Below, piece by piece: positions 29,764-40,985 of a stretch of 64,000 nt of DNA. The notes below the pieces were generated by a model. That model was not told the origin of the DNA and searched no databases. It saw nothing but the letters and a program-made list of their open reading frames with translations. This DNA is from Candidatus Poribacteria bacterium (lineage in GTDB: Bacteria > Poribacteria > WGA-4E > WGA-3G), in contig OZ244048.1 in the NCBI GenBank assembly GCA_965215265.1, positions 704,001 through 768,000 on the forward strand, given 5' to 3'. Within the stretch, counting starts at the first letter, position 1; every line of letters begins with the position of its first letter. The position numbers and the translations under genes were made by a program.

Positions 29764-32193
29764 TTAGTTAGTTAATTCATTTCCAATTCCGGTTTCGCTG
29801 GGTGTCGGTTGTATTTCCACGGATGTGTCTTGTACGATGTTAGCCGTGAGAGATATCTCGAGTACTTGCATCATATCAGTCACGTTGTGAAAACGGAGGC
29901 TGTCGCGGATTTCGTTGGGTATGTCAACGAGATCTTTCTCGTTGTCTTGAGGTATGATGATGTCAAAGATTCCGTTTCGGTAAGCGGCGAGTGCTTTTTC
30001 CTTTAAGCCGCCAATGGGTAGTACGCGTCCGCGTAGGGTAATTTCGCCGGTCATTGCGACCTCTTTTCGGACTGGGGTGCCGGTGAGTGCTGAAATAATA
30101 GCGGTTGCGGCAGTGATTCCTGCGGAGGGTCCGTCTTTAGGTACTGCGCCTTCCGGTACGTGAATGTGTATATCTTGTTGTTCAAATCTATTGTCAGCGA
30201 GTCCGAAAGATTCGGCGCGGGATCGGATGTAAGCGACGGCGGTTTGGACAGATTCGCGCATGACTTCCTGAAGTTGTCCGGTCATACTCAATTTTCCTTC
30301 TCCGTGCATAATTGTGGCTTCAACGGAGACGATATCGCCGCCGATTTGTGTCCAGACCATGCCGGTTGCGACACCGACTTCGTCGCGTTCTTCGGCTTTG
30401 GTGCGTGTCCATTTAGCAGGTCCGAGATAGTCACTGATGTTGAGTGGTGTGACTTCAACGGTCATGTCGGGTGTGTCTTCAGTAACAATCTCTTTTGCGA
30501 TTTTCCTGCAGACGCTTGTGACTACGCGTTCGAGGTTTCGCACGCCTGCCTCGCGCGTATATTTGTGAATGATTTCAAAAATCGCTTCTTCAGTGAATGT
30601 AATGTTCTCTTCAGACAACCCGTGTAGTTTGAGTTGCTTTGGAATGAGTCCATTGGGTGTGAAAGTAGCAATGTTATGCTTCTCGAAATCGGTATAGCCG
30701 GGCAGTTCAATGATTTCCATGCGGTCTTGGAGTGCCGGTGGTATGGTAATGCGTGTGTTGGCTGTTGTTACGAACATGACATCGGACAGATCGAATGCAA
30801 TGTCCATGTAGTGGTCTCGGAAGGTTGCGTTCTGCTCGGGGTCAAGCACTTCAAGAAGCGCCGATGCAGGGTCGCCGCGAAAATCGGAGCTGAGTTTATC
30901 AATTTCATCAAGTAGAAAGAGGGGGTTTTTGGACTTGACATCACGTAGTCCTTGTATGATGCGGCCTGGGATGGCTCCAATATAGGTGCGTCTGTGTCCT
31001 CGTATTTCGGCTTCATCTCGGACACCGCCGAGTGACATCCGGACGAATTCTCTGCCAGTGGCCCGTGCGATAGATTTGCCGAGCGAAGTTTTTCCAACAC
31101 CGGGTGGGCCGACAAGACAGAGGATAGGCCCCTTGAGGTGTTTAACAAGTTGTAAGACGGCGAGGTATTCTAAAACGTTTTCCTTGGGTTTTTCCAGGCC
31201 GTAGTGGTCTTCATCTAAGATTTGTTGTGCTTCTGACAGTTGGACTTGATGTTCAGAGCGTTCTTTCCAAGGAAGGGCCAGCATCCAATCGACATAGGTT
31301 CTGATCACCCCTGATTCGGCGGACTGTGCGGGCATCTGTGCGAGGCGGTCAAGTTCCTTGAGTGCCTTCTCCTCTGCTTCTTCGGACATACCTGCTTCCT
31401 TCACCTGTTCACGTAGTTCATCCACTTCAGCGATGTCGTCGCGTCCGAGTTCTTTCTGGATGACTTTCATCTGTTCCTGAAGGTAGAATTCTCGATGTGT
31501 TTTCTGTACAGCTTCGCGAACTTGGTTGTGTATATCGTCCTTGAGTTCAATTCGTTCAAGTTCCTCTCTTAAGAGTCGGATGATGAATTGGAGTCGCTTA
31601 ATAGGATTGAGTTCGTCCATGACAGCTTGTCGATTTTGTGGGGAGAGAGCGATGAATCCTGCAATGGTATCGGCAAGATGTCCGGGTTCTTCCTGTTCGC
31701 TAACTGCGCGTTTAGATTCAACAGGTTCCTTTTGTCGTGTTTTGAGATAAGTGTTGAAGAGTTTGCGTGCTTCTGGCATGAGAGTTGAGGCAGCGTCGGC
31801 GAGTCCAAGTTCTTCATGAACGACCTGAATTTCAGCTTTAAAGAAGCGATCGGATGTAGTGCATCGTAGTACGATTGCACGGCTTTCGGATTCGACGGCG
31901 ATTCGGATGGTGCCGTCTCCTGGTTCATAGAATTCAATGATGTTGGCGACAGTGCCGACAGCGTGTAGCTGCTCAGGCGTGGGTTCTTCCTCTTCTAAGA
32001 GTTGTTCTTTTTGGTGTAGGAGGAGGATACGCCGTTGTGCCTGAAGTGCTGCGTGTGTGGCTCGGACGCACATTTCGCGTGCGGCGATTAGCAGCGATTT
32101 GTTTCTGGGAAAAATCGCCTCAAAATCTGGCGGTAGATAGACAACGGGTAAACGTAAGACTTCTTGCTCTTTGGAGGTTGTAGGGTTCATCAT
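29764..32193 (-). CDS. lon: Lon protease
   Basis: [31 protein letters not shown]. Confidence 0.97.
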   Translation of the reverse strand: MMNPTTSKEQEVLRLPVVYLPPDFEAIFPRNKSLLIAAREMCVRATHAALQAQRRILLLHQKEQLLEEEEPTPEQLHAVGTVANIIEFYEPGDGTIRIAVESESRAIVLRCTTSDRFFKAEIQVVHEELGLADAASTLMPEARKLFNTYLKTRQKEPVESKRAVSEQEEPGHLADTIAGFIALSPQNRQAVMDELNPIKRLQFIIRLLREELERIELKDDIHNQVREAVQKTHREFYLQEQMKVIQKELGRDDIAEVDELREQVKEAGMSEEAEEKALKELDRLAQMPAQSAESGVIRTYVDWMLALPWKERSEHQVQLSEAQQILDEDHYGLEKPKENVLEYLAVLQLVKHLKGPILCLVGPPGVGKTSLGKSIARATGREFVRMSLGGVRDEAEIRGHRRTYIGAIPGRIIQGLRDVKSKNPLFLLDEIDKLSSDFRGDPASALLEVLDPEQNATFRDHYMDIAFDLSDVMFVTTANTRITIPPALQDRMEIIELPGYTDFEKHNIATFTPNGLIPKQLKLHGLSEENITFTEEAIFEIIHKYTREAGVRNLERVVTSVCRKIAKEIVTEDTPDMTVEVTPLNISDYLGPAKWTRTKAEERDEVGVATGMVWTQIGGDIVSVEATIMHGEGKLSMTGQLQEVMRESVQTAVAYIRSRAESFGLADNRFEQQDIHIHVPEGAVPKDGPSAGITAATAIISALTGTPVRKEVAMTGEITLRGRVLPIGGLKEKALAAYRNGIFDIIIPQDNEKDLVDIPNEIRDSLRFHNVTDMMQVLEISLTANIVQDTSVEIQPTPSETGIGNELTN

Positions 32194-32263
32194 TCTATCC
32201 TTGTTTTGTGGTTTCTATCTGACTCATACGAAATTCACCAGTGGATGGGTTAAGTATAGTCGA

Positions 32264-33742
32264 TTAAGCAGTTTTCCGTGGTTCGGATTGACTATAAACG
32301 ATTTCAGGTTGTTGACTGTTGTTAACACACTCCTCCGTGATTCTGCAAGTTTGGACGGCATTGAGTGATGGGATTCGGTAAAGGGTATCGAGCATAATGT
32401 TTTCAAAGACAGCTCGGAGTCCGCGTGCCCCTGTTTCCCGTTCAATGACCTGGTGTGCAATAGCTGCCAAAGCGGCATCAGTTACTTCAAATTGCACACC
32501 TTCGTATGCTAAAAGTTGCGCATATTGTTTGACGAGTGCATTTTTGGGTTCGGTTAAGATTTGGATTAAGGCTGTCTCGTCCAATTCATGAAGGGTTGTG
32601 AAAATAGGCATGCGTCCGATGAGTTCTGGAATTAACCCATATTTAACAAGATCTTTGGGTATTGCTTGCCTGAGTACTTGGTGGATGCGTGTTTTCTGCT
32701 TATTTTGAATTTGGGAGCCGAATCCGATGCTCTGCTTTCCGAGTCTGTCTTGAATGATGCGTTCTAAGCCGATAAAAGTGCCGCCGCAAATAAACAAGAT
32801 GTTTTTGGTGTTCACCTCAAGTACTTCTTGTTGTGGGTGTTTGCGGCCGCCGCGGGGTGGTACGTTTGCGGTTGTGCCTTCTAGTATTTTGAGGAGTGCC
32901 TGCTGTACGCCTTCGCCGGAGACATCGCGCGTGATAGATGGGTTCTCGGATTTGCGTGTGATTTTATCAATTTCATCAATATAAATAATACCGGTTTCTG
33001 CGCGTGGTATACTTCCGTCGGCGGCTTGTACGAGTTTTAAGAGTATATTCTCTACATCTTCTCCGACGTAGCCGGCTTCAGTTAAGGTTGTAGCGTCAGT
33101 GATAGCAAAGGGTACGTTCAAGACGCGCGCGAGGGTTTGGGCGAGAAGCGTTTTGCCTGTGCCGGTTGGCCCGATCATTAAGATGTTGCTTTTGTCCAGT
33201 TCAACCTCAGTGTTCTGATCGTGTTGTAACCGTTTATAGTGTGCATAAACGGCGACGGATAGGGCCTTTTTCGCTTCGTCTTGGCCAATGACATATTCAT
33301 CAAGTTTTGCTTTAATCTCAGCCGGTGCGGGTGGTTTTTGCGGTGTTAGATTTGTCTGTATTTCGGTGTTTGCGTCTGGTTGATTGGGTGTGCGTCTGCG
33401 CGTTCGTCTATTTCGCTGCGGTCTGCTGCTGTTGCTGCCGTTTGGTTCTTCAGCTGGCGGTTCATTAGATTCACGAGAGAGAATATCTTCGCAGAGTGCC
33501 ATACATTCGCTGAGGCATGCTTCACAAATATTAGCTTCTAGTCCGTTAAGGAGGCGATAAGTGCGTTCGGTATTATCGCGTTTACAGAAAGCACACAATG
33601 CGTTTTGATGCGTTGTTTCTGTGAGTCGTACGATACATTGGCTGCAAATATTTGCCTCTTCGCCTTTAAGGAGGCGTTCAACTTTCGTACTGTCTTGTTT
33701 ACAGAAAGAACAGGATATATCTCTGTACATGGATTCTGCCAT
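32264..33742 (-). CDS. clpX: ClpX ATPase with duplicated N-terminal C4 zinc finger
   Basis: [36 protein letters not shown] loop; two CxxC..ICxxC units. Confidence 0.95.
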   Translation of the reverse strand: MAESMYRDISCSFCKQDSTKVERLLKGEEANICSQCIVRLTETTHQNALCAFCKRDNTERTYRLLNGLEANICEACLSECMALCEDILSRESNEPPAEEPNGSNSSRPQRNRRTRRRTPNQPDANTEIQTNLTPQKPPAPAEIKAKLDEYVIGQDEAKKALSVAVYAHYKRLQHDQNTEVELDKSNILMIGPTGTGKTLLAQTLARVLNVPFAITDATTLTEAGYVGEDVENILLKLVQAADGSIPRAETGIIYIDEIDKITRKSENPSITRDVSGEGVQQALLKILEGTTANVPPRGGRKHPQQEVLEVNTKNILFICGGTFIGLERIIQDRLGKQSIGFGSQIQNKQKTRIHQVLRQAIPKDLVKYGLIPELIGRMPIFTTLHELDETALIQILTEPKNALVKQYAQLLAYEGVQFEVTDAALAAIAHQVIERETGARGLRAVFENIMLDTLYRIPSLNAVQTCRITEECVNNSQQPEIVYSQSEPRKTA

Positions 33743-33816
33743 AGATTTTCCCCTTCGTGCTCGCGGCTGGAGCGTTAACGACGTTCGGTTTGGAAATCAA
33801 GTTTGTGATTTAGATA

Positions 33817-34422
33817 TTATTGATTTAGTGTTTCATCGCGTCGTGCGACAATTTTGTCAATAATTCCGTATTGAAGTGCCTGTTCTGCATTCATGTAAAA
33901 ATCTCTATCAGCATCATCTGCGATTTTTTCGATATTTTGGTTTGTATGTTGTGCCAAGATTTTGTAAAGTCTGTCGCGTTCGTGTAGTATTTCGGTTGCA
34001 TGGATGCTAATATCAGCTGCCTGCCCGCCAATTCCGTTTGCGATAGGCTGGTGGATGAGTGTTTTGGCGTGTGGCAGCGCGAAGCGTTTTCCGGGTGTGC
34101 CGGCGGCGAGTAGAATCGCTCCCATGCTGTATGCGCGTCCGAGGCACCATGTTTGCACATCAGCTTTGATGTATTGCATGGTATCATAGATAGCGAGTCC
34201 TGCGGAAACGGACCCGCCGGGCGTATTGATATAGAGAGTAATGTCTGCATCCGGATCTTTTCCTTCAAGGAAGAGCATCTGTGCGGTTACAATGTTAGCC
34301 ATTGAATCATCATCAATCTGTGAGCCGATCATGATAATTCGGTCTTCAAGTAGCCGTGAGTAGATGTCATAGGATCGTTCGCCGCGGCTAGTCTGTTCAA
34401 CAACAACAGGTACAAGATGCAT
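33817..34422 (-). CDS. clpP: ClpP protease
   Basis: [17 protein letters not shown], catalytic SMG, HQP, DRD. Confidence 0.97.
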   Translation of the reverse strand: MHLVPVVVEQTSRGERSYDIYSRLLEDRIIMIGSQIDDDSMANIVTAQMLFLEGKDPDADITLYINTPGGSVSAGLAIYDTMQYIKADVQTWCLGRAYSMGAILLAAGTPGKRFALPHAKTLIHQPIANGIGGQAADISIHATEILHERDRLYKILAQHTNQNIEKIADDADRDFYMNAEQALQYGIIDKIVARRDETLNQ

Positions 34423-34573
34423 AGTTTTGATATTCTCAAAGGTTTTTAATTTGGCGTTAATCGCTGTGCCGAATCAATTTTTGTACGGTTTCGTAATCGA
34501 ATGAATTTTATATGAATTCACTTCAACAGCGTGGGTGGTTGTGCGAATTCGTCTGTGGTCTGAGCATCTGTTT

Positions 34574-35875
34574 TTAAGTAATGATAAGTGCCTGTTTAGC
34601 AGATGCGCGCTGAATGAGAAATTGATAGATTTTTTCGTTTTGCAGCTGGTTTCGGAAATCCTCCAATCGGTTGCTTGATTTAAGCAAGTCTGCGTATTTT
34701 TGGGTGTCCCGATTTTGCTGTTCTGCGGCGCGTCGAATTTCTCGTTCTAGTTCGGCATCTGTGACTGCAATTCCCTCGTCCTGTGCAATGGTATCAAAAA
34801 TCCAAGACTGTTTAATCTGTTTAATGACATTGGTTTGCAATTCAGCGGTGTCAGTGTGGTTAGGTGACTGGCTGCTGGTATTTTGTGTACTGTTGGTGCG
34901 TTCGTGTGCGATTTGTTGTTGGAGGTCCTGAACCGTTTTCTGTACTAGTGTTTCAGGCACGGTAATATCAGTCCGGTCAATGAGTTGGTTTAAGATATCG
35001 ACACGTTGGCGTTCGGTTTGGTGGCTGCGTTCTTCCTCAACGAGGTTGTTCCAGATAACGCCGTAAAGCTGCCCGTAATTTTCATATCCCAAGTCCTTTG
35101 CAAATTCGTCATCAAGGGTGGGGAGCTGTTTTACGGTAATAGCGTGCAATGTGAGTCGATATATTGCGGTTTTTCCGGCGAGTTTGGATATTCGGTGCGT
35201 AGTTTCAAATTCGATTGGAATTTCTTTTGTATCGCCGACGTTCATTCCAATGATGCCGTTCTCGAGTGCTTCAAGAAATGTTCTGCGTCCGAGTTCAAGA
35301 TCTACATCCTGTTTAGATTCGTCTTGAAGGAGTTCGTTGTCGACAAAACACTCCCAATCGATTCGTACACAGTCATTTTCTTGTACGGGTCGTTCGTCCT
35401 CGATAGGTTCGTAAGTTGCGGCTTGGGATTGCAAGCGTTCGACGTAAGCCTCGACTTCTTGTCGTGGTACATTTACGGGTGATTTATCGGTTTCCAATTC
35501 CTCATAGGGTGGGAGCGTGATTGCCGGTCGGATGTCAACGGTTGCGGAGAAGTTCAAAGGTTGATTTTCTTGTACACTAAGCTGCGCGAGTGGTGGTGCG
35601 AATGTAGGCTGTGCGAGGGGTGTCAAGCGTTGCTGGTAGATAGCCTCTTCATAGCCTGTGACGACGAGCTGCCGTACGACTTCGCTATTGATGTAATCCG
35701 GATATCGTGATTTGAGAATGTTTACCGGTACGCGTCCTTTACGGAAACCGGGTACGGCTACCTGGTCGCGCAAAGCCTGGTATGTCTCCTCAAGTGTCTG
35801 GTTAACATCCTCAACCTGTACTTCAATGTCCAGCCGGACCTGGGTGCTGCCGAGCCTTTCAACATCAACTTTCAA
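34574..35875 (-). CDS. tig: trigger factor
   Basis: VPGFRKGRVP, LDDEFAK; start moved to TTG 35875 after GGAGG because the longer ORF overlaps tRNA-Leu. Confidence 0.92.
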   Translation of the reverse strand: MKVDVERLGSTQVRLDIEVQVEDVNQTLEETYQALRDQVAVPGFRKGRVPVNILKSRYPDYINSEVVRQLVVTGYEEAIYQQRLTPLAQPTFAPPLAQLSVQENQPLNFSATVDIRPAITLPPYEELETDKSPVNVPRQEVEAYVERLQSQAATYEPIEDERPVQENDCVRIDWECFVDNELLQDESKQDVDLELGRRTFLEALENGIIGMNVGDTKEIPIEFETTHRISKLAGKTAIYRLTLHAITVKQLPTLDDEFAKDLGYENYGQLYGVIWNNLVEEERSHQTERQRVDILNQLIDRTDITVPETLVQKTVQDLQQQIAHERTNSTQNTSSQSPNHTDTAELQTNVIKQIKQSWIFDTIAQDEGIAVTDAELEREIRRAAEQQNRDTQKYADLLKSSNRLEDFRNQLQNEKIYQFLIQRASAKQALIIT

Positions 35876-35965
35876 GTGGCCAATGAACCTCCGTGTTTTG
35901 GCAATATGTGCCGTGTTTCGGTTGCGCGTTCTAGTTTTGGTTATAGAAGAGCGTATCCGTGTAGA

Positions 35966-36051
35966 TGGGCGAGGAGGGACTTGAACCCTCACGAGGCGTA
36001 ACCCCAATAGATCCTAAGTCTATCCTGTCTACCAAATTCCAGCACCCGCCC
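35966..36051 (-). tRNA. tRNA-Leu(TAG)
   Basis: Cloverleaf with long variable arm; ATAGA-CTTAGGA-TCTAT anticodon arm. Confidence 0.95.
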
Positions 36052-36058
36052 AAAACGA

Positions 36059-36131
36059 TGCGCCGTGAAGGAATCGAACCTTCAACCGCCTGATTAAGAG
36101 TCAGATGCTCTGCCGATTGAGCTAACGGCGC
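36059..36131 (-). tRNA. tRNA-Lys(CTT)
   Basis: TCTGA-CTCTTAA-TCAGG anticodon arm; GGTTCGATTCC. Confidence 0.95.
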
Positions 36132-36281
36132 GACTTTTGTATCACTATTCGCCGGGGGATATGGCAGCGGCATTGTACTCATATAATTTTCTGTGTTATT
36201 CTGGGAACAAGTGTCGCCTCCTCCACTTATCAAAAGGGTTTTTCCTCTCAGTGCGTTACGGATTTCTTAAGAATAAAAGAA

Positions 36282-36354
36282 GGTGGATGATGGGATTTGA
36301 ACCCACGCCCACTTGATCCACAGTCAAGTGCTCTACCCCTGAGCTACATCCACC
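36282..36354 (-). tRNA. tRNA-His(GTG)
   Basis: CTTGA-CTGTGGA-TCAAG; encoded G-1:C73. Confidence 0.95.
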
Positions 36355-36379
36355 GCACGATATTTTATCCCCCCTCAAA

Positions 36380-36453
36380 CACGCCTAGCAGGACTCGAAC
36401 CTGCAACCTACAGATTAGAAGTCTGTTGCTCTATCCAATTGAGCTATAGGCGC
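36380..36453 (-). tRNA. tRNA-Arg(TCT)
   Basis: ACAGA-CTTCTAA-TCTGT. Confidence 0.95.
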
Positions 36454-36473
36454 CTATCTATAACGCTGCAGAG

Positions 36474-36548
36474 TCGGGGCGAGAGGATTCGAACCTCCGA
36501 CCTTCTGCTCCCAAAGCAGACGCGCTAGCCGGGCTGCGCTACGCCCCG
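36474..36548 (-). tRNA. tRNA-Pro(TGG)
   Basis: TCTGC-TTTGGGA-GCAGA. Confidence 0.95.
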
Positions 36549-36580
36549 AAATTAGACCAGTTTTTTTCTGATTATTGTTA

Positions 36581-36609
36581 ATTATACCACAATCGTGTTA
36601 CAATTGCAA
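36581..36609 (-). promoter_or_regulatory. promoter of the tRNA-tig-clp cluster
   Basis: TTGCAA-17-TATAAT with extended TG. Confidence 0.7.
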
Positions 36610-36706
36610 ATTAAATATTGAAAAGTGTTGTATTTTTTTCAGAGGCATATTAGAATGAAGTGAGAGATTCTAGAAAGAGAGCTGAGCTATCTTGAGGTAA
36701 TGAGAG

Positions 36707-37588
36707 ATGCTGACACCACAATTTCTGAAGCAACTTCATGCTTTCTCTATTCGCACGGGCCGTCCGTTTCGTGGGAAATTTAGGGGTGAACGTCGGAGCC
36801 TTAACCGGGGCCTCGGTGTAGAGTTTGCTGATTATCGCGTGTATGAGTTGGGTGATGATCTGCGGCATGTAGACTGGAATGTCTACGCGCGCTTAGGTAA
36901 ACTGTTCATCAAACTATTTCAGGCTGATGAAGAGCTACCTATTTCATTCCTGATTGATACGAGTTTATCTATGGGCTTTGGAAAGGGGGCAACGAAGTTG
37001 ATGTGTGCGAAACAGATTGTAGCGGCATTAGGTTATATTGCTTTGTTGCATTCTGACAGTGTAGCGGTTTACACGTTTGCGGACCGGCTTGTTGCAAAGG
37101 TGCCTCGGACTTATGGTGCGTCGCAATTCTCGAGGCTGACAAAGGGCCTCGGTCCAATTGAAGCTGCGGGTCAGACTCGCATAACAGGGTGCCTCCGGCA
37201 GTTCAGCATGTATCAGCGTCGCCCGGGGCAGGTCGTGCTCCTATCAGATTTTTTAGATATAGGAGGGTATGCCCGGGGTCTCAAATTGCTTGCGGGACGG
37301 GGGTTCTCACTCTCAGCAATTCATATCATGAGTCCGGATGGAACCGGTCTGCCGCCGCGGGGAGACTGGCAGCTTGAAGATACAGAAACAGGTGAAACTA
37401 AAGCAATTACGGTTAATGAGGAAACGCTGATGCAATATCGGCAGCAACGGGAAACCTTTTGTGACAGTTTACGAGATTTGTGTACCACTCTCGGTATTAA
37501 CTACGCAATGCTGTACAGTGATACGCCGGTGGAAGCGTTTATTTTAGAGGGATTACACAAGGCGGGTTTTATCAGCCGGAGGCGATGA
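36707..37588 (+). CDS. DUF58 (MoxR-associated vWA) protein
   Basis: GVEFADYRVY..GDDLRHVDWN, DTSLSM, LSDFL. Confidence 0.9.
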   Translation: MLTPQFLKQLHAFSIRTGRPFRGKFRGERRSLNRGLGVEFADYRVYELGDDLRHVDWNVYARLGKLFIKLFQADEELPISFLIDTSLSMGFGKGATKLMCAKQIVAALGYIALLHSDSVAVYTFADRLVAKVPRTYGASQFSRLTKGLGPIEAAGQTRITGCLRQFSMYQRRPGQVVLLSDFLDIGGYARGLKLLAGRGFSLSAIHIMSPDGTGLPPRGDWQLEDTETGETKAITVNEETLMQYRQQRETFCDSLRDLCTTLGINYAMLYSDTPVEAFILEGLHKAGFISRRR

Positions 37589-37669
37589 ATATACTGTGAT
37601 AATGACAGGAGAAAACCGAAGGAGAAAACGGCAGATATTTAAAATATCTGGCTGGCAGGAAGTATATCT

Positions 37670-38230
37670 ATGCAGCAACAAATTATGGGAACCTGCTTGG
37701 CACTCCGCCAAGGGGATATAACGAAGGCAGAGGTTGACGTTATCGTGAATGCGGCTAACGAAGCGCTTATAGGTGGTGGCGGCGTGGATGGTGCGATTCG
37801 TCGTGCTGGTGGCGATGCCATAGAGGAGGCGTGTGCTGAAATTCGGGCACGCCAGGGCGGTTGCCCGACAGGCGAGGCGGTTATTACTACCGGTGGTAAT
37901 TTAGCGGCAAGGTATGTGATTCATACAGTTGGGCCTGTCTGGAAAGATGGAAATTCGGGTGAGCCTGCGCTGCTAGCGAGTTGTTATCGCGAGAGTCTGA
38001 GACTTACATGTAGTTTGAAAGACAAGGATATTCGCACTGTGGCGTTTCCTTCAATTGGCACCGGAATCTATGGGTACCCGCTGGAGAGAGCGGCAGCAGT
38101 TGCGCTTAAGACAGTGAAGGAATTCGTAGGAAATAACGTTGGTGCGGCTTCTGTATTAACGTGCATTCAGTTTGTGCTATTTGACGAGGTTAGTTACAAC
38201 TGTTATGCCGATGTGTTTTTAAAAGTTTAA
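37670..38230 (+). CDS. macro-domain O-acetyl-ADP-ribose deacetylase (YmdB-like)
   Basis: [36 protein letters not shown]. Confidence 0.92.
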   Translation: MQQQIMGTCLALRQGDITKAEVDVIVNAANEALIGGGGVDGAIRRAGGDAIEEACAEIRARQGGCPTGEAVITTGGNLAARYVIHTVGPVWKDGNSGEPALLASCYRESLRLTCSLKDKDIRTVAFPSIGTGIYGYPLERAAAVALKTVKEFVGNNVGAASVLTCIQFVLFDEVSYNCYADVFLKV

Positions 38231-38285
38231 CATCCGTAGAGAGGAGTCCTCTCCAATTCAAGAGAAAAGATTTAGCCGCGTTTCG

Positions 38286-39434
38286 TTGATTTTACCAATT
38301 TATATTCCGGCGTTTCTGCTAGCGAGCGGTGTTGGTATGATTTCGCCGACGCTTTCGATTTATGTAAAATCGTTTGAGCTCTCCTATACGTTGACGACGG
38401 TTGTTCTTGCAGTGGGTGTAGTAGGGAATATTCCGGCGGGCATTTTAGTCGAACGATTTGGGCGTAAGCTGTCAATGTTAATTGGGTTGATGTTGATAGG
38501 TTTTTCAACGGTTGGGATGGGCGTGTCAGTTAATTTTCTGCAGCTCATCGGTGCCCAGTTAGTTGGCGGGGTAGGCAATGCGTTGTGGATGCTTTCTAGA
38601 CACGCCTATATGACAGATGTCATCCCGCTTGCCAATCGAGGGCGGGCGATTGCGTTGTTTGGCGGTGTGAATCGGATGGGAACTTTCGTGGGGCAGTTTG
38701 GTTCGATTTTCCTTGGTGCAAATTTACGGGTTCCCTTTTTCGTGTATGCCGGGATAGTGCTGCTAAATCTTGTGCTGTGTTTTTTCTTTATCCCGGGGAC
38801 GCGTCCGGCGGTGTCATGTCTATCCGGAAAGCGGATTCCTTATTTAAAACAGTTTCTGCATGTCTCTAGTCAACACTCCCGGCTATTGGGGACTGCGGGT
38901 TTTGGACAAGTATGCGTTCAAACCCTTCGTCGTGGTTGCCACATCATCATCCCGCTTTACGGTGCGGAAGTGGTAGGATTAACAACGGAAAATGTGCGCT
39001 GGGTAGTGATGATTTCGTCTGCGGTGGATATGTCGATGTTTCCGCTCGCGGGGTTTATGATGGACCGGTTCGGGCGAAGATATGCGACGGTGCCGGGTAT
39101 TAGCATTTTTGCGACGGGCATGGTGCTGATGCCGTTTACGGGTACGTTTATGTGGTTATTATTGGCAGCGGTTTTAATGCGTATAGGCAACGGTGTGGCT
39201 TCAGGGACGATGATGACACTGGGTGCTGATTTAGCACCACGTGAAGGTACTGGAGAATTTTTGGGTTTATGGCGGCTGACTGGAGATTTTGGTGGTTCAG
39301 CAGGTCCTGTTGTTGTAGGCAACATTGCCGATGTATTCGGGCTTAGCTACTCGGGCTTCGCGCTCGGGGGGATTGGCTATCTCGCTGTTTGCATTTTCTT
39401 ATGGCTGGTGCCGGAGACGCTGCAGCGGAAATAA
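38286..39434 (+). CDS. MFS transporter
   Basis: GILVERFGRK and DRFGRR motif A; multiple TM helices; start uncertain. Confidence 0.88.
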   Translation: MILPIYIPAFLLASGVGMISPTLSIYVKSFELSYTLTTVVLAVGVVGNIPAGILVERFGRKLSMLIGLMLIGFSTVGMGVSVNFLQLIGAQLVGGVGNALWMLSRHAYMTDVIPLANRGRAIALFGGVNRMGTFVGQFGSIFLGANLRVPFFVYAGIVLLNLVLCFFFIPGTRPAVSCLSGKRIPYLKQFLHVSSQHSRLLGTAGFGQVCVQTLRRGCHIIIPLYGAEVVGLTTENVRWVVMISSAVDMSMFPLAGFMMDRFGRRYATVPGISIFATGMVLMPFTGTFMWLLLAAVLMRIGNGVASGTMMTLGADLAPREGTGEFLGLWRLTGDFGGSAGPVVVGNIADVFGLSYSGFALGGIGYLAVCIFLWLVPETLQRK

Positions 39435-39452
39435 GTCTTTTATAAGATTGCA

Positions 39453-39546
39453 GTTTCCTCAAACAGAGGAATAGATTAACTAGGTTTATACGGGGGTTAA
39501 CATCGCAGAAGCCTTCAGGTTTTCTCAAACAGAGGAATAGATTAAC
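39453..39546. repeat. two 28-bp direct repeats separated by 38 bp (CRISPR-like pair)
   Basis: GTTT(C/T)CTCAAACAGAGGAATAGATTAAC at 39453-39480 and 39519-39546. Confidence 0.85.
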
Positions 39547-39569
39547 TGAATTGGGTTTTAGAGAAAAAA

Positions 39570-39655
39570 TGCCGGGAAAGGGACTCGAACCCTTACGCGC
39601 AAAAAGCACACTAGAACCTGAATCTAGCCTGTCTACCAAATTCCAGCATCCCGGC
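39570..39655 (-). tRNA. tRNA-Leu(CAG)
   Basis: CTAGA-TTCAGGT-TCTAG; long variable arm. Confidence 0.95.
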
Positions 39656-39672
39656 GAGCATTGATGTACTAT

Positions 39673-39701
39673 AGTATACTCTCTTCTGTGAGGTTTGTCA
39701 A
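39673..39701 (-). promoter_or_regulatory. promoter of tRNA-Leu(CAG)
   Basis: TTGACA-17-TATACT. Confidence 0.75.
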
Positions 39702-39826
39702 ATTAAATTTGATTTTTCATTTCATCTGCGTTCTTGGAGGTGTCGTGCATAAAAATTCAGATTAAACTTGTGATTCAGTTGTATGTCTAAAGTATTTATA
39801 ATTATGTCAAAAAGGAGCAGAAATCC

Positions 39827-40576
39827 ATGAGAGTCAGGATAATATTCTGCATGATGCTCGTGCTCGGTATAGGTACTGGTTACAGCCATTCTGAAATCGA
39901 TTCAGATAAGATTGTTGGGATATGGCTGTTGGATGAAGGGAAGGGTGATGTGGCTGAAGACGCGTCCGAAAATCGGTATGAAGGGACAATTACCCAAGGG
40001 GTGTGGGCTAAAGGTAAGTTCGGCGGTGCGGCCGAGATTAAAAAAGGCGGGACTGTTACTATCCCGATGGGTAAAGGGACAATTTCGGATAAGGTCAGTT
40101 TTACCTTGTGGCTTCAATTTACTGACATCGGTGGACAGCAAAACTACTTTTCGATCTGGGATCAGAGTAACAATCGCTATGTGCCTTACAAAAACGGTGG
40201 GAATGTGCTTCGCAGTTGGACTAATACGTGGGATATTAGTAGTGGTGTGACAGTTAAGGCGGGTACGTGGTATCACGTTGCCAATACTTACGATGGTAAA
40301 ACGGCGAGTATCTACATCAATGGTGAAGAGAGAGTTTCACAAGATGTGCCGAAGTTTGAGCTTCAGGACCAAGATCAGACGGCCTGGCTGGCTACAGACA
40401 AAGGGACCGGTTTCCTTTCTGCTTGTATTATGGACGAAGTCGGGTTATTCAACGATGCCCTGACAGCAGAAGAGATTCTGGGAATTATGAACGACGGCAT
40501 CTGGCACACGGCATTTGCAGTAGAACCGTCAGATAAACTTTCGGTGCTTTGGGGGAAACTGAAGAGATTGGATTAA
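39827..40576 (+). CDS. secreted LamG/concanavalin-like protein
   Basis: Signal peptide, WLLDEG.G, WYHVA.TYDG..IYING, C-terminal AVEPSDKLSVLWGKLK. Confidence 0.88.
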   Translation: MRVRIIFCMMLVLGIGTGYSHSEIDSDKIVGIWLLDEGKGDVAEDASENRYEGTITQGVWAKGKFGGAAEIKKGGTVTIPMGKGTISDKVSFTLWLQFTDIGGQQNYFSIWDQSNNRYVPYKNGGNVLRSWTNTWDISSGVTVKAGTWYHVANTYDGKTASIYINGEERVSQDVPKFELQDQDQTAWLATDKGTGFLSACIMDEVGLFNDALTAEEILGIMNDGIWHTAFAVEPSDKLSVLWGKLKRLD

Positions 40577-40985
40577 TCGGTTTAACAGTCTGACGGTTCT
40601 ATTATTTTTGCCCAAACCATGAGACTTATTCATAGTGATTCGCTTCTGTCTGCTTCTCCGTCTCTCTTTTGTCTAAAGCATTTCAGACAATAAACGGCTA
40701 CCTGTCTGTCAGTCTCCGTTTCCATGCATCCATCAAGCATTTATCTCATCGATTGTCGTTGCCCCTTGTTATACAGCCTGGGCACACTGTAATCATCACG
40801 CTCGCGTTTTACACGCGAGCCGCCAGAGGCTGAAAGTAACACAGATGTTTTTAGCAAAAAAGTGAAAAATGTGCCATAAATCGTGCTTTTCTTGCGAAAA
40901 TTCATCGTTTTTGTCCAATTTTAATTGGACAAACGCGTATTTATAATTATCAGGTAAACTGTTCTTTGAAACAAAAGTATGTGCT

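Noticed and set aside
35876-36233. N-terminal extension of tig and ORF 35931-36233
   Set aside because: They overlap tRNA-Leu and tRNA-Lys; trigger factor similarity begins at TTG 35875.
39453-39546. Formal CRISPR array call
   Set aside because: Only two repeats, no leader or cas genes; kept as a repeat and a finding.
35966-39655. None of the six tRNA genes encodes CCA
   Set aside because: Common in bacteria that have CCA-adding enzymes; not evidence of pseudogenisation.
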